From Myxococcales bacterium (GTDB lineage Bacteria; Desulfobacterota; Binatia; HRBIN30): DNA of 64,000 nt. Position numbers and translations under genes: made by a program. This document shows, piece by piece, positions 60,260 through 64,000 of the stretch (within the stretch, counting starts at the first letter, position 1; every line of letters begins with the position of its first letter). The stretch is taken from positions 64,001 through 128,000 of the forward strand of contig JBBILD010000002.1 of the NCBI GenBank assembly GCA_037445065.1, written 5' to 3'. The notes beneath the pieces were generated by a model. It had not been told where the DNA came from, searched no databases, and saw only the letters and a list, made by a program, of their open reading frames with translations.

Positions 60260-61741
60260 ATGGGACTAGAGACGAAACTTTACCAGAAGATGAGCCAGCA
60301 ACTGGTGATGACGCCCCAGTTGCGGCAGGCAATCAAGATCCTCCAAGTGTCCCGGCAGGAACTGGAGGAACTGGTTGCGCAGGAACTGCAGGAAAATCCT
60401 GCACTCGAAGAGGACGTGGAGGAAATCTCCGCGTCAGCGGAACGGAAGGAACGAACGGAAAACGGGGAGGGACCGGCAGAGGCGGAGTGGCTCGAACTGA
60501 CCAACCGCGAGGTCACCGAGGAGGTCGGTGCTGCCGACAAGCTCAGTGACATTGATTGGAAGGAGTATCTGCAAAACTACAGCAACGATTGGTCTGCCGC
60601 TTCCATGGAAACGGCGCCGCCCGATGATGACGATGAGGAACGGCGGCCTTGGTTGGAGAACTTGGCTCGCCGCTCGACCTCGCTCATGGACCATCTTCTC
60701 TGGCAGCTTCGGTTGGACGGGTTGCCTGAGGAGGAACAGCAAATCGCCGTCGAGTTATTGGGTAGCCTCGACGATGACGGTTATTTGACTGCCGAGATCG
60801 AAGACATTGCGTTCCAAACCAGGAACGACTTCGACACCGTGGAACGTGTTTTGCGGCGGATCCAGCAACTCGATCCCGCGGGAGTTGGAGCGCGCAACCT
60901 GCGCGAGTGTTTGCTTCTGCAAATCCGGGCGTTGGGCAAGGAAGACTCGGTGGCGTACCGCATCGTGCACGACCACTTGGATTTGCTCGAGTCGAAAAAG
61001 TTCGACCGGATTGCTCGCGAGCTAGGCATTTCCATCGAGGAGGTGGTCAACGCCACTCATTTTATCGCCACTCTGGAACCGAAACCGGGCCGGAACTTTG
61101 GCGAGGACGAAACGCGCTACGTGATTCCGGACGTGTTCGTGCACAAAGTCGGTGACGAACTCGTGGTGACCCTGAACGACGATGGTCTGCCGCGCCTGCG
61201 GGTCAGTAGCTACTACCGGCGGGTGTTACACGAGAACGGGGCCGAGGAGGCGAAGCGCTACATCCAAGAAAAGCTGCGTTCGGCCGCTTGGCTGATCAAA
61301 AGCATTCACCAGCGCCAGCGCACGTTATACCTTGTCACGCAAAGCATCGTCCGATTCCAGAGAGCCTTCTTCGAGCACGGCATCTCGCATCTAAAGCCCC
61401 TGGTCTTGAAAGATGTGGCGATGGACGTGGGGATGCACGAGTCCACGGTGAGCCGCGCTACGGCGAACAAATACGTTCACACCCCGCAGGGCACGTTCGA
61501 ACTCAAGTTCTTCTTTACCTCGAGCTTGCAAACGGCGGACGGAGACGAGGTGTCTGCCGAATCTGTGAAAGAACGGATCCGCGAGATCATTGCTCGCGAG
61601 GACCCGCGCCGCCCGTTGAGCGACCAGCAAATCGCCAAGCTCCTCGCGCAGGAAAACATCGCGATCGCTCGCCGTACTGTGGCCAAGTATCGGGAAATGA
61701 TGGGTGTCTTGCCCTCGTCGAGGCGCCGGCAAACAGTCTGA
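60260..61741 (+). CDS. rpoN: RNA polymerase sigma-54 factor
   Basis: MTPQLRQAIKILQ, ENPALE, HESTVSRA, RpoN box ARRTVAKYR. Confidence 0.98.
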   Translation: MGLETKLYQKMSQQLVMTPQLRQAIKILQVSRQELEELVAQELQENPALEEDVEEISASAERKERTENGEGPAEAEWLELTNREVTEEVGAADKLSDIDWKEYLQNYSNDWSAASMETAPPDDDDEERRPWLENLARRSTSLMDHLLWQLRLDGLPEEEQQIAVELLGSLDDDGYLTAEIEDIAFQTRNDFDTVERVLRRIQQLDPAGVGARNLRECLLLQIRALGKEDSVAYRIVHDHLDLLESKKFDRIARELGISIEEVVNATHFIATLEPKPGRNFGEDETRYVIPDVFVHKVGDELVVTLNDDGLPRLRVSSYYRRVLHENGAEEAKRYIQEKLRSAAWLIKSIHQRQRTLYLVTQSIVRFQRAFFEHGISHLKPLVLKDVAMDVGMHESTVSRATANKYVHTPQGTFELKFFFTSSLQTADGDEVSAESVKERIREIIAREDPRRPLSDQQIAKLLAQENIAIARRTVAKYREMMGVLPSSRRRQTV

Positions 61742-61768
61742 AGGCGAGGAAAGGAAGGAGGTGCTGCG

Positions 61769-62314
61769 ATGGAAATTCGGGTCACGTTTCGTCACGTTCA
61801 TCCGTCCGACGGGCTGCGCGCGTATGCTGAGAAAAAAGTTTCGCGGCTCGAGCGTTTTAGCCACGTTCTCCAGGACGCACACGTCATTTTGTCGGTGGAA
61901 AAACAGCGCCACTGCGCAGAGGTTCAGGTCACGGGACGCAACCTTCAGGTGACCGCGACCGAGGAAACCGCGGACTTATACTCCGCTCTGGATCTGGCGC
62001 TGGAGAAGGTGGAACGGCAGGTCAAACGGCTCGACGAAAAACGCAAGGACCGGAAGGGGAACCGAGTGGGCCTGGGGCGAGCCTCCGCGAGCGCGACCGG
62101 AGCGTTGGCTGAGGTGGAGGGGTCGGGGGAGATCAACGCAACGCGGATCGTTCGGGAACGGGTTGCTGTGAAGCCGATGTCGCTTGACGAGGCTGCCCTC
62201 CAGCTCGAACGTGCAGCGAGCCCGTTCGTGCTCTTTCGTCACGATGGAACGGAGGAGTTTGCTGTGCTGTATCGAGCTGCCGATGGTTCCTTGCGCTTGC
62301 TCCAAGCAGAGTAG
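61769..62314 (+). CDS. hpf: Ribosome hibernation promoting factor (long HPF/RaiA)
   Basis: VTFRH, YAEKK, DLYSALD..EKVERQ, KPMSLDEA; directly after rpoN. Confidence 0.92.
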   Translation: MEIRVTFRHVHPSDGLRAYAEKKVSRLERFSHVLQDAHVILSVEKQRHCAEVQVTGRNLQVTATEETADLYSALDLALEKVERQVKRLDEKRKDRKGNRVGLGRASASATGALAEVEGSGEINATRIVRERVAVKPMSLDEAALQLERAASPFVLFRHDGTEEFAVLYRAADGSLRLLQAE

Positions 62315-62350
62315 GCGTGAGCCAGCTCTGCCAAGCGGCGAGGCAAACGA

Positions 62351-62812
62351 ATGCGGCTCCTCGATATCTTACCCCCGGAACTCATCATCGCCGAACTACG
62401 CGGGGAAGATAAGACCAGCGTACTGCACGAACTCGCAGAAGCATTTGCTCGCTACGACCCGCGGCTCGACGCAGCCGAGATTGTGCGGGTCCTGCAAGAG
62501 CGAGAGCAGGGCGGAACGACAGCGATCGGGGATGGGATTGCCATCCCGCACGGCCGCCTGCCGGGGCTGGACCGGATCGTGGCGGCCTTCGGCCGGCACC
62601 CGCGGGGGGTTGATTTTCAGTCCATTGACGGGCGGCCGACGCATTTGTTCTTTGTGCTCCTGTTGCCCGAAGAATCTGTGGGCATTCACCTCAAAGCTCT
62701 GGCGCGGGTCTCGCGTTTGTTAAAAGACGCTTCGGTTCGCCAGAAGCTCATCTCCGGTCGCGATCCGGCGGAGCTGTACCGAATCATCCGCGAGGCGGAC
62801 GAAACATTGTAA
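62351..62812 (+). CDS. ptsN: PTS EIIA (nitrogen-regulatory type)
   Basis: RE..GTTAIGDGIAIPHG, DFQSIDG, HLKALARVSR. Confidence 0.9.
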   Translation: MRLLDILPPELIIAELRGEDKTSVLHELAEAFARYDPRLDAAEIVRVLQEREQGGTTAIGDGIAIPHGRLPGLDRIVAAFGRHPRGVDFQSIDGRPTHLFFVLLLPEESVGIHLKALARVSRLLKDASVRQKLISGRDPAELYRIIREADETL

Positions 62813-62870
62813 ATGTGGGGGGTCGCTGCCAAAAAGAAGCGGGCCCGAGCCCGACTAGGCCAGCAGAGCA

Positions 62871-63152
62871 ATGTCCGAGGTGACCGTAGTCGACAAGACC
62901 TTGGAAATCACCAACCGGTTAGGCTTGCACGCTCGCGCTGCAGCCTTGCTGGTGCAGACAGCTTCACGGTTCGTGGCGAAGATTACAGTGAGCAAAGACG
63001 GGCAGGAGGTAGATGGTAAGAGCATCCTTGGGCTCATGATGTTGGCGGCGGCGCAGGGCAGCCAGATCCAGGTTCGCGCTGAGGGGCCGGATGCGCAGGA
63101 AGCCATGGCCGCAATCGAGGAACTAGTAGGGCAAAAATTCTACGAGGATTGA
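62871..63152 (+). CDS. ptsH: Phosphocarrier protein HPr/NPr
   Basis: NRLGLHARAAA (His15), DGKSILGLMML (Ser46). Confidence 0.94.
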   Translation: MSEVTVVDKTLEITNRLGLHARAAALLVQTASRFVAKITVSKDGQEVDGKSILGLMMLAAAQGSQIQVRAEGPDAQEAMAAIEELVGQKFYED

Positions 63153-63239
63153 AGGGTTGACCCTGTCGTTCACCCTGTATTAAACGGAAAAGCCAGCGCT
63201 ACGGGTCGAGCCGGTAGTTAAGAGGGAGAGGGAAAAGCC

Positions 63240-64000
63240 ATGCCGTTGAAAGACTTCTTGTTCACCTCCGAGTCGGTGTCCGAAGGGCACCCGGACAAAA
63301 TGTGTGACCAGATTTCAGACGCGATTCTGGATGCCCTGCTTGCGGAGGATCCCACGAGCCGCGTGGCTTGTGAGACGCTGACCAAGACAGGGATGGTGGT
63401 AGTGGCCGGGGAAATCACCACCAACGCGCAAGTGCCATACGCCGAGATCGTGCGCGACACGATTCGCGAAATCGGTTACACGTCCTCGGAAATGGGGTTC
63501 GACGGGAACACCTGCGCGATCCTGACGGCGATTGACCGTCAATCGCCGGACATCTCGATCGGTGTGACGCCGGGCCAAGGCTTGTTCAAAGAACAGGGAG
63601 CCGGAGATCAGGGGCTGATGTTCGGCTTCGCGTGTGATGAGACTCCGGAGTTGATGCCGCTGCCGATCGTGCTCGCCCACCGCTTGGTCAAGCATCTTGC
63701 GGACCTGCGCAAGACGGGGAAGTACCCGTTTGTCTACCCGGACGCTAAGTCGCAGGTGACGATCGAATACCGAGATGGCAAGCCGCGCCGAGTGGATGCA
63801 GTGGTCGTATCTACCCAGCACAGTGCGGACGTGGAGTACCAGACGCTCCGGGAGTTCGTGGTTGAGGAAGTGATCAAGAAGGTGTTGCCGCCTGAGTTCT
63901 TCGACAAGGAGACGCGCGTGCATGTGAACCCGACCGGTCGCTTTGTCGTAGGCGGCCCGCAAGGAGACTGCGGTCTGACCGGCCGCAAGATCATCGTGGA
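63240..64000 (+). CDS. metK: S-adenosylmethionine synthetase (3'-truncated; absent from the ORF track)
   Basis: My translation from ATG 63240: [65 protein letters not shown]. Confidence 0.97.
   Translation, partial: MPLKDFLFTSESVSEGHPDKMCDQISDAILDALLAEDPTSRVACETLTKTGMVVVAGEITTNAQVPYAEIVRDTIREIGYTSSEMGFDGNTCAILTAIDRQSPDISIGVTPGQGLFKEQGAGDQGLMFGFACDETPELMPLPIVLAHRLVKHLADLRKTGKYPFVYPDAKSQVTIEYRDGKPRRVDAVVVSTQHSADVEYQTLREFVVEEVIKKVLPPEFFDKETRVHVNPTGRFVVGGPQGDCGLTGRKIIV

Noticed and set aside
63153..63239. SAM riboswitch upstream of metK
   Set aside because: Only 87 nt, partly occupied by a promoter-like TTGACC..TATTAA; I could not match SAM-I, II, III or SAM-SAH consensus elements. An Rfam scan would settle it.

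Overview
GC-rich (about 60-65% by eye) diderm bacterial chromosome segment. Gene style and synteny suggest a deltaproteobacteria-like lineage, possibly Ca. Binatia (inference only). About 50 CDSs; no tRNA, rRNA, CRISPR array, integrase or transposase was recognised. Housekeeping blocks: queG, purK/purE, proS, kdsB-pyrG-kdsA-kdsD-lpxL-like x2, and lptCAB-rpoN-hpf-ptsN-ptsH-metK (metK runs off the end). Interleaved are lipid/CoA metabolism genes, a decayed cyclase plus cNMP-patatin locus followed by an intact sigma54-driven cNMP histidine kinase, tandem dodecins, a large S8/FG-GAP surface protein, a GAF-sigma54 activator with a downstream -24/-12 promoter, small membrane protein and carotenoid oxygenase, a cNMP-MalT-like-DASS transporter fusion, and a beta-propeller/di-haem c protein. 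Best candidate for an uncharacterised system: the 27.6-32.9 kb operon of two atypical Hsp70 paralogues plus a membrane-anchored DUF2760 protein whose C-terminal domain carries GrpE-like motifs, co-oriented with an ArfB-like release factor and a slipin/NfeD pair. Second candidate: a di-iron ferritin-like gene wedged between two lipid A acyltransferases. All family calls come from motif recognition by eye, without database searches.
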